Sequence record: SRR31156797_2210
Strand: one strand, 5' to 3'
DNA length: 43,031 bases
The notes beneath the pieces are model-generated. The model was given only the letters and a program-made list of their open reading frames with translations. It was not told where the DNA came from and did not search any database. Shown piece after piece: positions 1-9,206 of the stretch; the first letter of the stretch is position 1, and every line of letters starts with the position of its first letter. The position numbers were made by a program, and so were the translations under genes.

Positions 1-161
1 CCTTCTTATTTGAGAACCTGAGTTGTTACCTTTTTTTATATCTTCATGCTACCCTAATCTACTGCATTGGCAAAGCTTTAATTTATTTCTATATTTAAAC
101 GACAAAAATAAATAACAGAACAAAATATTCGCTTGTTCGAATAAACTAAAAACTTTAATCT

Positions 162-668
162 ATGACGAAGAAGTATTTTCTGGTGCTATTGGTCTTGGTA
201 GTATCACTTTCTGTAAACGGCCAACAATCCATGTTTAAGGCATTGTTTATGTTTAACTTTGCAAAATACATCGAATGGCCAGATCAAGAATCAAACAATG
301 AGTTTATTATTGGAGTTTATGGTAATGATGAAATTATTACTGAACTAAAGAAACTGGCTGCAGCAAGAAAAATCAATAACAAGAGTATTGTTATTAAAAG
401 CGTAAAGAATCCATCCGAAGTATCTAATGCAAATTTATTTTACGTTCCGGCAAGTAGCTCTTCTAAAATCGAAGAAGTATCTAGTTTTTTTGCCGGTAAA
501 CCCACTTTAATTGTTAGCGACAAAGAGAATTTATGTAAAAAGGGAGCAGCAATTAATTATGTAAATGTTGGTGGTAAAATGAAGTATGAAGTATGCAAAC
601 AAAACATCACTTCTCATCAACTATTGGTAGATCCTAAATTAATCTCACTCGGAATTGAAATTAAATAA
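162..668 (+). CDS. YfiR/DUF4154-family periplasmic protein
   Basis: Signal peptide followed by KALFMFNFAKYIEWP (YfiR-family 'KA.F..NF.KYI.WP'); GAAINYV and LISLG C-terminal pattern. Confidence 0.85.
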   Translation: MTKKYFLVLLVLVVSLSVNGQQSMFKALFMFNFAKYIEWPDQESNNEFIIGVYGNDEIITELKKLAAARKINNKSIVIKSVKNPSEVSNANLFYVPASSSSKIEEVSSFFAGKPTLIVSDKENLCKKGAAINYVNVGGKMKYEVCKQNITSHQLLVDPKLISLGIEIK

Positions 669-677
669 TCCAGAACT

Positions 678-3206
678 ATGAAACTAAACAAATATATAAT
701 CCTAATAGTAACTGTACTATTAGCAACTTCTTTATTTGCCCAGGAAACAAAGAAAGATATCAATAAACTATCCAAAAATGAAGTTTTGGAAATGACCATT
801 GAAGAACTTTCTTTTTACGACCTGGAAGAACTGACTAAATTAATGGATATTGTAGGTGCATCTAGTTTAGATGAACTGTACGAAATGCTCTTAAATAAAG
901 ACGTTACTTCTGCATCCAAATCTGAAGAAAGCTTATTTGATTCTCCTCTTTCTACAACAGTTTTAAGTAGTGAGGAAATATCTGCATCAGGTGCAACTTC
1001 TATTGAAGAAGCACTTAGAATGGTTCCCGGAGTAATCGTTCGAGAAAAAACAAATGGTAATTACGACGTTCAGATTAGAGGCGGACAAAACATGCCTATG
1101 AACAACCTGTTACTCTATGCCGAAAACACCTCTACTCTGGTTATGATTGATGGTCGTCCGGTTTTTAACTACGGAATGGGTGGTATTCTTTGGGAAAGTT
1201 TACCTGTTAGCTTGGGTGAGATAGATAGAATTGAAGTGGTACGCGGACCATCAAGTGCACTTTACGGCCCCAACGCGGTTAACGGCGTTATCAACTTAAT
1301 TACCAAAACTATTGACGATAGCACTCCTTTGATCACTGCTAACGCACAAGGAGGTTCACAAGGAACATATATTGCCGACATAAATTTTAAAACACAATTA
1401 GGAGATAAGGTTGGCGTTGGTATTTCAAGTTACTTTGAACAAAGAGATAGAAACACAGGAGATGTTTATTCCTTCTATTCTGATGAATACTTAAGCATCG
1501 AAGAATTTGGAGAGAAGAATAATAGTTATTTATGGAGTAACGATGATGCCTCTTTATTATTCGATGACCCTAACAGAGCTAAAGAGAAGCTAGGTGTCAA
1601 TGGTTATATTGAGTATAATCCAAATAGTAATTTATCATTTAAGCTAAATGGAGGTTATATCGATAATTCGGCTATCTCCTCTCCTTTTGGGGATACTCCA
1701 ACTCCTTACAATTGCAGAGAAGGTTGGAGCCATTATCTTACTTTAAATGGAGATATATACGGATTTAATCTTATTGCCAGCTTAAGTAACAATACCCAAG
1801 ATTACAATAAAGGGCACACCGGATGGGTTCAGGATTTTGAGATATATAATTTATCGCTTGACTATTTGATCGATTTACAAAAACTTAAAATCAGACCTGG
1901 AGTTTCATACCAATCTGTTTATCAAGACGACAGAGACCATATTGAATATACAGAAAATGGATATGTGGATGGGTACTTTAACCGTAGAGTGAATCTGAAA
2001 AATGCTGCTGTGAGCGCACGTTTTGATTATAGCCCTATTGAAAACATCCGTTTAGTGGCAGCCGTGCGAGGAGAAAAATATAATGTACCAAACAAATGGA
2101 TGCCTTCCTTCCAATTTATTGGCTCATATAAATTGAATAAAAACAATATGGTAAGAGCTGTATATTCAAGAGCTAATCAGAGTACTTTTATGATTAATGC
2201 TCACAGTAACTACACCTGGAACAGAGAAGACTTAGGTGCTCCGGAATATGTTTATTTTGGTGGAAATGACGATCCAAACTTAATGACAATGGACATGATT
2301 GAGCTAGGTTTTAGAACACGTCCTTCAAAAAAGGTGTTGCTTGATTTTGAACTTTTTATGAATAAAGCAAAAGACTTTAGTGCTTTGATGCCGGATATGT
2401 TTGGTTACAATGTTACTGGTATAGATATGGAAACATTCGCTCCAATTGGTGCTCAAACTTTATATACATCTCACAGACCTTTAGATATTGAAAGCAAACA
2501 ATACGGTATTAGCGTTTCTGCCGATATGGTAATTTCTAAAAAAATCCAATTAAAAGCACACTTTAATTGGCAACAAACAAAAGTTGATAATTTTACTGAT
2601 GCTAGTAGAGATAATATTGCCAGACTGCAAGGTGCTTATTTACAAAGTATAGCTGAAGCAGGCCTTGCTAATGACATCCCATTAGTATTAACCGGAAATA
2701 TGAGCCTTCCTTTATCATATTATTCGAATATCCAACCTGGCGATATCCCAGTATTGGAACAACAACTTGCTGCATTAGGTGTGTTAGATCAAATAGAAGT
2801 TAAAGATGACATTGATAACGAAGCTATTCCTTCATTATGGGGAAGTTTATCTCTTACCTATAAACCGATAGAAAAGCTTTCTGTTACAGCTCAGACCTAT
2901 TACTACGGCGACTACTTTCTATACAGCCAGTACGACACTGATTCCAAAAGAATGTATCTAACAGGAGCTGATTACAATCCATATACATCTCTAGGTATCG
3001 AAGGTCCTGCTCAAAAAAGCAATCTGGAGTACACTGGAAATATGGATGGAAAATTTTTACTAAATGTGAAAGTTGATTACGAAATTAATGATAAAGTTAA
3101 TGTTTTTATGAATGGTAGAAATATCCTTAACAACGACCAGCAAGAATATGTGTATATGGACAATATTGGCGCCTTATACTTAGCTGGTTTCAACATCAAG
3201 TTTTAA
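678..3206 (+). CDS. TonB-dependent receptor (plug + beta-barrel)
   Basis: Signal peptide; VTSASK; plug motifs EALRMVPGV, VMIDGRPV, IDRIEVVRGPSSALYGPNAVNGVINLIT; NGRNILN; terminal F. Confidence 0.92.
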   Translation: MKLNKYIILIVTVLLATSLFAQETKKDINKLSKNEVLEMTIEELSFYDLEELTKLMDIVGASSLDELYEMLLNKDVTSASKSEESLFDSPLSTTVLSSEEISASGATSIEEALRMVPGVIVREKTNGNYDVQIRGGQNMPMNNLLLYAENTSTLVMIDGRPVFNYGMGGILWESLPVSLGEIDRIEVVRGPSSALYGPNAVNGVINLITKTIDDSTPLITANAQGGSQGTYIADINFKTQLGDKVGVGISSYFEQRDRNTGDVYSFYSDEYLSIEEFGEKNNSYLWSNDDASLLFDDPNRAKEKLGVNGYIEYNPNSNLSFKLNGGYIDNSAISSPFGDTPTPYNCREGWSHYLTLNGDIYGFNLIASLSNNTQDYNKGHTGWVQDFEIYNLSLDYLIDLQKLKIRPGVSYQSVYQDDRDHIEYTENGYVDGYFNRRVNLKNAAVSARFDYSPIENIRLVAAVRGEKYNVPNKWMPSFQFIGSYKLNKNNMVRAVYSRANQSTFMINAHSNYTWNREDLGAPEYVYFGGNDDPNLMTMDMIELGFRTRPSKKVLLDFELFMNKAKDFSALMPDMFGYNVTGIDMETFAPIGAQTLYTSHRPLDIESKQYGISVSADMVISKKIQLKAHFNWQQTKVDNFTDASRDNIARLQGAYLQSIAEAGLANDIPLVLTGNMSLPLSYYSNIQPGDIPVLEQQLAALGVLDQIEVKDDIDNEAIPSLWGSLSLTYKPIEKLSVTAQTYYYGDYFLYSQYDTDSKRMYLTGADYNPYTSLGIEGPAQKSNLEYTGNMDGKFLLNVKVDYEINDKVNVFMNGRNILNNDQQEYVYMDNIGALYLAGFNIKF

Positions 3207-3227
3207 CTTTATTAAAGAGAAAAAATT

Positions 3228-3258
3228 CAAAGGCTAATCGATACCCGATTAGCCTTTG
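3228..3258. terminator. Intrinsic terminator, probably bidirectional
   Basis: 13-bp perfect stem caaaggctaatcg/cgattagcctttg, 5-nt loop, A-rich and T-rich flanks, between convergent TBDR and Rrf2 genes. Confidence 0.8.
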
Positions 3259-3276
3259 TTGCTTTTTGTATATATC

Positions 3277-3714
3277 TTAATTATTAAACACTATATTAAA
3301 TTCTTCCGGAATATTATTATCCATTAAGTCCTGAACAGTTATACTTTCAAAATAGGAACTGATAAGTGAATTTAAATTTCGCCAGAAGATCATGGTTTTA
3401 CACTTTTTTTCAAATTCGCAAAAAACGGAAGGATTTAAACATTCTACAATACTCATTTTTCCTTCAAAAGCATTAAAAATATCAGCCATAGTAATCTGGT
3501 CAGCCTCTCTGTTTAATATATAGCCACTTTTTTTTCCCTTTAAATTAATAATTAATTCTGCTGCCTTTAAGGAGCTTATTATCTGATCAAGGTATTTTAT
3601 TGATATTTTTTGATTTTCGGCAATATCCTTTTGAAAAATACCTTGCCCATCCTTATGCTGAGCAATTTCAACCATTGCCCTCATTCCATATCTTATTTTA
3701 GTGCTAAACTTCAT
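3277..3714 (-). CDS. Rrf2-family transcriptional regulator (IscR/CymR-like, three Cys)
   Basis: STKIRYGMRAMVEIA, ISIKYLDQIISSLK, KGKKSGYIL wHTH pattern; C-X6-C-X5-C cluster (ECLNPSVFCEFEKKC). Confidence 0.92.
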   Translation of the reverse strand: MKFSTKIRYGMRAMVEIAQHKDGQGIFQKDIAENQKISIKYLDQIISSLKAAELIINLKGKKSGYILNREADQITMADIFNAFEGKMSIVECLNPSVFCEFEKKCKTMIFWRNLNSLISSYFESITVQDLMDNNIPEEFNIVFNN

Positions 3715-3725
3715 TCTGCAAGATC

Positions 3726-3733
3726 CAAATATA
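3726..3733 (-). promoter_or_regulatory. Bacteroidota sigmaA -7 element for the Rrf2 gene
   Basis: Minus strand TATATTTG matches TAnnTTTG, just upstream of the ATG at 3714. Confidence 0.5.
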
Positions 3734-3808
3734 ATTCAACAGCTAAATTAAAAGTAATATCGAAATTAACTAACAAGACTTTAACTTACTAGCAGAAATA
3801 ATGCAACT

Positions 3809-4411
3809 CTAATTATCAATTACAAAGAGAATTTTAAAATTAATTTCAATGAGGTCTTTTACTTTTATTAGTCCCAGAAATTTTTCCGGAGGGTCAATTT
3901 TAAAATCCGTAAGACGTATATTTAGTTTACCGGTAAAATACCATTCATTGTAATAACTCTTTTCCAGATAAGAAACACACTCATAAGCGTTTTTAATTTC
4001 GCCAATTTGTACCATTATCTTTTGTTTTGTTTCCGGAACATCTGCGAGAATTTTATTCGTTATATCGTTTTCTAAAAAGATATTTATACTAGGGAAACGA
4101 TCCGCTTGAATAATTTTTAGAAAATCCTGAAGTAAAACTTTATTGTTGGTTTGAAACTCATTTACCGGAATAGACATTTTTACATACGCAACATCATCAC
4201 TATCCGCAGGAGCAAACAATGATAATTCCCTCTCATTATAAACAATCTGAAAATGATTTAGATTTGTAGTACCTCTAATTAAAATCTGATCAAAAAGGTA
4301 TTTTCCTCCAAATCCAGAATCTCCACTTAGCATCGAAAAATTAAAAAGCACAGAAAATACCTGTAAAGCAACAATTAACAAGTATCTTCTGCACTTAAAC
4401 ATCCTACTCAA
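3809..4411 (-). CDS. YceI-like protein (divergent)
   Basis: N-terminal hydrophobic segment; IRGTTNLNHF, IPVNEF, IRLTDFKIDPPEKFLGLIKVKDLIEINF resemble Bacteroidota YceI ends. ATG at 4402 is an alternative to the TTG start. Confidence 0.65.
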   Translation of the reverse strand: MSRMFKCRRYLLIVALQVFSVLFNFSMLSGDSGFGGKYLFDQILIRGTTNLNHFQIVYNERELSLFAPADSDDVAYVKMSIPVNEFQTNNKVLLQDFLKIIQADRFPSINIFLENDITNKILADVPETKQKIMVQIGEIKNAYECVSYLEKSYYNEWYFTGKLNIRLTDFKIDPPEKFLGLIKVKDLIEINFKILFVIDN

Positions 4412-4481
4412 ATTTATTATAACCTTTTTTTGTATGAGTTAATAGTCACTATAACTACCTCATAACAAATTGCAATAATTC

Positions 4482-5636
4482 TTAAAAGGCAATTGCTGCT
4501 TCAATTACCAATCCATCAAAACTACCTCCATCAGCATAACCATGAACTGGTCCTTCATAATTTTGCATAACGTAGTCTAGTTTAAAAACTATATTCTCAG
4601 TCATATTCCATCCGCCTCCTAAATTTACTCTATCCACAGTAGATTCATCATCCATATTATCAGCTACTTTATTATAACGACCTCCTAGATAAAATGCACC
4701 AACTCGATACAATCCTTGAATAGCAAACTGAGAAAAGTGTTGATCAGCACCTCTTTTTACACCCTTCATATCTTCGATAATCGTAAATAATTCTAAACCT
4801 TTAAATTGAGCAAATAAATTAAACATATAACTATTCATTTCAGATTGACCACTGCCCGGGCTCCATCTTCCTGAACGGAAATTATCATTGGCATCATGCA
4901 ATTGCATCACATTGTAATACCTTGCTCCGGCTCTATCTCCATCCCATAAATACGACCCACTATGACCTTCTCCAACATGATAACCTGATACTGTACCTCG
5001 TATTCTTAAGTCATCATTCATTTGTTTATCATATCCTAATTTCCAATTAAATACCAGGTCTTCTCCAATATCATTACCTCTTCCGTAATTTAACCGACCA
5101 TTATTTACTGCAACTAATGCTAAAACTGCATCTTTTCTGAATAAAAATTCTAATCCAGGATTTGTTGTATAATTGTCCATGATAAAATTTCCTACAAATG
5201 GATTATTAACAACATGTCCATTCGTACTTCTGTAAAAATGAGCATCTCCATAGTTTGGGTTCATAACCCCTGCCCTAATGGTTAAATACTTCATTATATT
5301 TTCTGCTGAAGGTAGAAATGGCAAATAATCTATAGTTAAATACCCTCCTTCAACCCACGCCTCTTCGTGATGTCTCGAAGACATATAATTGTTCACATAC
5401 AACTGAATCCCCGGAGCCAAATCAACGGTTAAGGATAAATTAGCTGTAGGTAAATTAAAATTGTTTTTAAGATCTAACAGGGTATCTGAAGAGGACGAGG
5501 CTAACTCATGGCTAATACTCTGAAGTTGTATTGCATATGCTCCTCCAACATGAACTTTTACCTCTTCAAAACCTTCGTGACTAATTTTTGGTTTTTCAAA
5601 TTGCTGAGCTTTTAAAATAAACCCTGCAAAAATCAC
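4482..5636 (-). CDS. Porin-like outer-membrane beta-barrel protein, function unknown
   Basis: Alternating amphipathic strands rich in G/Y/F/N, terminal ...IEAAIAF. Start is uncertain (see finding at 5636-5666). Confidence 0.65.
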   Translation of the reverse strand: MIFAGFILKAQQFEKPKISHEGFEEVKVHVGGAYAIQLQSISHELASSSSDTLLDLKNNFNLPTANLSLTVDLAPGIQLYVNNYMSSRHHEEAWVEGGYLTIDYLPFLPSAENIMKYLTIRAGVMNPNYGDAHFYRSTNGHVVNNPFVGNFIMDNYTTNPGLEFLFRKDAVLALVAVNNGRLNYGRGNDIGEDLVFNWKLGYDKQMNDDLRIRGTVSGYHVGEGHSGSYLWDGDRAGARYYNVMQLHDANDNFRSGRWSPGSGQSEMNSYMFNLFAQFKGLELFTIIEDMKGVKRGADQHFSQFAIQGLYRVGAFYLGGRYNKVADNMDDESTVDRVNLGGGWNMTENIVFKLDYVMQNYEGPVHGYADGGSFDGLVIEAAIAF

Positions 5637-5721
5637 AATTAAAACTAATACTAATTTTTTTTTTACTCTTTTAAATTTAGTTAAACACTAAAAACTTATT
5701 TATTAAGGGATTTATTCTTGT

Positions 5722-6270
5722 TTAAAAAACGAATTTAAAATCAACAGCAACCTCATCATCCGCTTTAATCGTACCCATTAATGCCTCAGGTGGTTCTATT
5801 TTAAAATCCGACATTTTAAGTTTCATTTTTCCAGATACAGTAATAAGACCTTCTTTGGCTACGACTGTAATATTTTGTTTAATTGTTTTTTGAACTCCTG
5901 CGATATTCAATTTTAGTATCGCTTTGTGATTCTTATCGACAAATTCAACCTGTTGTAATTGAGCAATAATCAATGGGTAATCTTTTTCTTTTAATGCCTC
6001 GTAAGTTTTTTTATTCATCAAACTTCGATCACTTTCAATAGACTTGACCTTGAGCTCAATTTTACCCGTTTGTAACGATGCAACCTGACTTGCATTCTGT
6101 AATTGAATAAAACCAGATAAATCTTTAGCATCCATTTCCCAATCGTGAATGGTTGATGTTCCAGAAATATTTACATCACAAGCTTCTGATAATAATTTAT
6201 AGGTATGTTGGGCATTAAGCTGAATTGTAGCAATACAAACAAAAACGAAGAATATAAACCTGTTTCTCAT
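5722..6270 (-). CDS. YceI-family lipid/polyisoprenoid-binding protein
   Basis: Signal peptide; ISGTSTIHDWEM, MNKKTYEALK, LNIAGVQK, LKMSDFKIEPPEALMGTIK. Confidence 0.88.
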   Translation of the reverse strand: MRNRFIFFVFVCIATIQLNAQHTYKLLSEACDVNISGTSTIHDWEMDAKDLSGFIQLQNASQVASLQTGKIELKVKSIESDRSLMNKKTYEALKEKDYPLIIAQLQQVEFVDKNHKAILKLNIAGVQKTIKQNITVVAKEGLITVSGKMKLKMSDFKIEPPEALMGTIKADDEVAVDFKFVF

Positions 6271-6490
6271 AATGATTGAATTAATAATAAAAACTACTTT
6301 TCTACCTATCCTACTGTTTTGGTAGTTTATATTATCTTATTTTTTTATAGAATACAAATATTTATATACATTTTTTAACATTTATATGAAAGATATTTGA
6401 TTCTATACTCTTTAATCACTACTTCGGCAAGAGGTTTAACTTAGACTATATTGCTACAACAACGTTAGTATAAAAGGAAATTTTATATAC

Positions 6491-6527
6491 AAAAAAAGGC
6501 TATTCAGAAAATGAACAGCCTCTTTTT
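6491..6527 (-). terminator. Intrinsic terminator of rpoD
   Basis: Minus strand AGGCTGTTCA-TTTTC-TGAATAGCCT followed by a U tract, just past the rpoD stop. Confidence 0.75.
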
Positions 6528-6546
6528 ACATCTTTATAAGAGAATC

Positions 6547-7407
6547 TTATCCTAAATAAGATTTTAATAATTTGCTTCTCGAAGTATGACGTAACCTTCT
6601 AATGGCTTTCTCTTTAATCTGACGTACTCTTTCTCTTGTTAATCCAAAACGCTCTCCAATCTCTTCCAATGTCATCTCTTGTGTTTGAATTCCAAAAAAT
6701 AACTTAATAATATCAGATTCTCTTTCTGTTAGAGTTGCTAAAGCTCGTTCAATTTCTCGTGCTAAAGACTCATTAATTAATGTTTTATCAGCATTTGGAG
6801 AATCTCCATTAACAAGTACATCTAATAAACTATTATCCTCTCCTTCAACAAAAGGAGCGTCAACAGAAATATGTCGTCCTGAAACCCTAAGTGTATCTGA
6901 TACCTTATCAACAGGTAACTCTAACTTCTCTGCTAACTCTTCAGGAGAAGGCTTACGCTCATTCTCTTGCTCAAACTTTGAATAAGCCTTATTAATTTTA
7001 TTTAAAGAACCAACCTGATTTAAAGGTAAACGTACAATTCTCGATTGTTCAGCTAACGCTTGAAGTATCGATTGTCTAATCCACCAAACTGCATAAGAAA
7101 TAAACTTAAACCCACGCGTTTCGTCAAATTTTTCAGCTGCTTTAATCAAACCTAAATTCCCTTCATTAATTAAATCCGGCAAACTCAAACCTTGATTTTG
7201 ATACTGCTTCGCAACTGAAACAACAAAACGTAAGTTAGCTCTGGTTAGTTTTTCAAGGGCAATTTGATCCCCTTTTTTAATACGCTGAGCTAATTCTACT
7301 TCTTCCTCTACAGATATCAATTCCTCACGTCCGATCTCCTGAAGATACTTATCTAAAGAAGCACTTTCACGGTTAGTAATTGATTTTGTTATTTTTAGTT
7401 GTCTCAT
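6547..7407 (-). CDS. rpoD: Primary sigma-70 factor, short Bacteroidota type lacking region 1.1
   Basis: [26 protein letters not shown] start; [50 protein letters not shown]. Confidence 0.95.
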   Translation of the reverse strand: MRQLKITKSITNRESASLDKYLQEIGREELISVEEEVELAQRIKKGDQIALEKLTRANLRFVVSVAKQYQNQGLSLPDLINEGNLGLIKAAEKFDETRGFKFISYAVWWIRQSILQALAEQSRIVRLPLNQVGSLNKINKAYSKFEQENERKPSPEELAEKLELPVDKVSDTLRVSGRHISVDAPFVEGEDNSLLDVLVNGDSPNADKTLINESLAREIERALATLTERESDIIKLFFGIQTQEMTLEEIGERFGLTRERVRQIKEKAIRRLRHTSRSKLLKSYLG

Positions 7408-7429
7408 ATTCGTTATGCAAAATGTGGCG

Positions 7430-7437
7430 CAAAATTA
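7430..7437 (-). promoter_or_regulatory. sigmaA -7 element upstream of rpoD
   Basis: Minus strand TAATTTTG matches TAnnTTTG, about 20 nt before the ATG. Confidence 0.5.
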
Positions 7438-7496
7438 TACTATTTAATTAATAATTCCAACATTTTTATCAAAGAGTTGACCATTTTCGTCTAGTA

Positions 7497-8969
7497 CTAA
7501 TCTTCAAGATTAATAGCATAATAGGCAACCTGGCCATTCGGATAAACTCCTGTGATAAATAATCCTCCATCTGTAGAGGCAATTACTCTTTTAATATCAG
7601 AAATGTTAGAAATAGGTTCTCTGTTAGCTTTTAATATGATATATCCTTTTCCAATACCGCTTTCTTTTAATTTACCATCATCTAAATCAACGACTTTCAT
7701 ACCATAATTAACACCTAACTTCGCTTTCTCCTCCTCTGTTAACTCTACCAATTCAGCTCCAAGTAAATCTGAAATTCCCTTTTTATCATTTACAAGCTCT
7801 GTAGAACCGTAACTATTACGTAAAATTACGGTAAATAGTTTTCTTTTTCCAGTTCTTTTAACAATTAAATTCACTTTATCGCCTGGTCTATGTTTACTTA
7901 CCTGTTCTATTAACTCTGAATTAGTATTCACTTTTACATCATCAATACTTAAAATTACATCACCTTCCTTCACTCCAGCTTCATCTGCACCTCCATTTAC
8001 TGTTACTCCGCCGACATAAACACCTTCCACTTTATCCAATTTATATTGTTCTGCCAGCTCTGCTGTAACACCCTGAATTTGCACGCCAATAAACGCCCTT
8101 TGAACCTCACCAAACTCTTTTAAATCATCAACTACCTTTTTAACAATGCTTACCGGAACTGCAAAAGAATACCCAGTATAAGACCCCGTACTGGAAGCAA
8201 TAGCCGTATTTATTCCAATCAACTCACCTAAAGTATTCACTAAAGCTCCTCCACTATTTCCGGGATTTACCGCTGCATCGGTTTGAATAAAAGACTCAAT
8301 TCCCATTGGCTGATTTCTATTGGCCAGAATATTAATACTTCTTGATTTTGCACTTACAATTCCAGCAGTAACTGTGGATGTTAGATTAAAAGGGTTTCCA
8401 ACTGCCAACACCCACTCGCCAATTTTTAAGTCATCCGAATTCCCGTAAGTTAAATAACTTAAGCCTTCTTCTTCTATTTTTAATAAAGCAATATCTGTAG
8501 TTGGATCTGTTCCAACCAACACAGCCTTATAAGAGCGTCTGTCGTTTAAAATAACTTCAATTTCATCGGCTCTTTCTATCACATGATTATTCGTTACAAT
8601 TAAACCATCTTCTGAAATAATAACACCGGAACCAGATCCCATTACAGGACCCCTCTCAGGCATATTACCTCTGGGGCCAAAAAAGAAATCATAAAACGGA
8701 TTTCCATACGAATGACTATTACCTGAAACACTTGCTTTGGTCATTACGTGCACAACCGCTTCTACTGATTTTTCTGCAGCAACTGTAAAGTTTGGTACAT
8801 TTGGCGGAACCGGAACACTCATATTGGCATAGCGAGCTGCCGGGACAACCTGCTTTTCTACAGTAACTATTTCCTTATTAGGTTTAACAATTAAAATAAA
8901 CGCATAAACACCAACAATACCTCCTAATATTGCTGTTAAAAACACAAAAAATATTTTTTTTACACTCAT
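7497..8969 (-). CDS. htrA: HtrA/DegP-family serine protease with two PDZ domains
   Basis: N-terminal TM; GSGSGVII, TNNHV (His), TDIALLK (Asp), IQTDAAVNPGNSGGAL (Ser); C-terminal PDZ domains. Confidence 0.95.
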   Translation of the reverse strand: MSVKKIFFVFLTAILGGIVGVYAFILIVKPNKEIVTVEKQVVPAARYANMSVPVPPNVPNFTVAAEKSVEAVVHVMTKASVSGNSHSYGNPFYDFFFGPRGNMPERGPVMGSGSGVIISEDGLIVTNNHVIERADEIEVILNDRRSYKAVLVGTDPTTDIALLKIEEEGLSYLTYGNSDDLKIGEWVLAVGNPFNLTSTVTAGIVSAKSRSINILANRNQPMGIESFIQTDAAVNPGNSGGALVNTLGELIGINTAIASSTGSYTGYSFAVPVSIVKKVVDDLKEFGEVQRAFIGVQIQGVTAELAEQYKLDKVEGVYVGGVTVNGGADEAGVKEGDVILSIDDVKVNTNSELIEQVSKHRPGDKVNLIVKRTGKRKLFTVILRNSYGSTELVNDKKGISDLLGAELVELTEEEKAKLGVNYGMKVVDLDDGKLKESGIGKGYIILKANREPISNISDIKRVIASTDGGLFITGVYPNGQVAYYAINLED

Positions 8970-9206
8970 AACTTATATTTTTTATCAACCTATCCTTCTT
9001 AGAAACAAGTTGAATGTTAAACATTCATGATTATCAAACTCATGTTTAATTGAGTATTCCAAAATTCGCAAATTATATGCCTTTAACCTTGGCAAACATA
9101 AACGTTAACCTAATTTTAACTGATTTTTCGTTAACTTTGTTCACGTTTTTTCTAATACAAAAAACATTTAATTCATACTAAATCAATCACTTTAGTTTAA
9201 CAGAGA

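Noticed and set aside
4430-4468. Imperfect hairpin containing aatagtca, resembling the array core
   Set aside because: Only a half-match to the palindrome; better explained as an intra-operon mRNA hairpin.
6547-7407. Unusually short RpoD as a novelty
   Set aside because: Absence of region 1.1 is the established norm for Bacteroidota primary sigma factors.
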